Source: an uncultured virus (IMG/VR IMGVR_UViG_3300020050_011573) | Lineage: Duplodnaviria; Heunggongvirae; Uroviricota; Caudoviricetes | IMG/VR virus record: IMGVR_UViG_3300020050_011573 | Length of the DNA: 64,000 nucleotides | Direction: 5' to 3' (one strand) | In this document: positions 63,998-64,000 of the stretch, one piece after another | Position numbering within the stretch: position 1 is the stretch's first letter | Layout: each line of letters starts with the position of its first letter | Made by a program: the position numbers and the translations under genes | The notes under the pieces: model-generated | Seen by the model: the letters and a program-made list of their open reading frames with translations, nothing else | Databases searched by the model: none | What the model was told of the DNA's origin: nothing

Positions 63998-64000
63998 GAT

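Noticed and set aside
1..64000. Prophage boundaries, integrase, DGR/retron reverse transcriptase and host assignment
   Set aside because: No att-like repeat, recombinase or RT motif, or host housekeeping gene was recognised; the host cannot be assigned beyond a likely diderm envelope.

Overview
The whole 64 kb window reads as most of a tailed dsDNA bacteriophage genome. It looks podovirus-like: no tape-measure, tail-tube or sheath gene was recognised. The + strand from 1 to 11.96 kb carries replication, modification and lysis genes: ASCH protein, two-frame C5 DNA methyltransferase, PrimPol-DnaB fusion, UvrD-like helicase, SSB-like protein, PD-(D/E)XK nuclease, holin, lipoprotein and HNH nuclease. 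It converges at a bidirectional terminator with a long - strand virion arm: terminase small and large subunits, an inserted ~5 kb regulatory block, an ejection-type protein, a 5155-aa polyvalent (DarB-like) protein, portal, scaffold, major capsid, adaptor/nozzle proteins, tailspike and tail fibre. No integrase, endolysin or family A/B DNA polymerase was recognised; they may lie outside the window. The most striking observations are: (1) an intein in the helicase P-loop of the giant protein has no in-frame endonuclease but carries a complete HTH-HNH gene on the opposite strand, with its own sigma70-like promoter and apparent leaderless start; (2) the tailspike and tail fibre begin with Sec-type signal peptides and are rich in paired cysteines; (3) dual coding is pervasive, with SD-led +1-frame ORFs nested in linkers of the giant protein and a canonical -1 frameshift cassette on a membrane-protein gene; (4) a divergent promoter/operator switch sits upstream of several structured RNA elements, including a degenerate tRNA-like element. 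All calls come from reading motifs by eye; no database searches or structure predictions were run.
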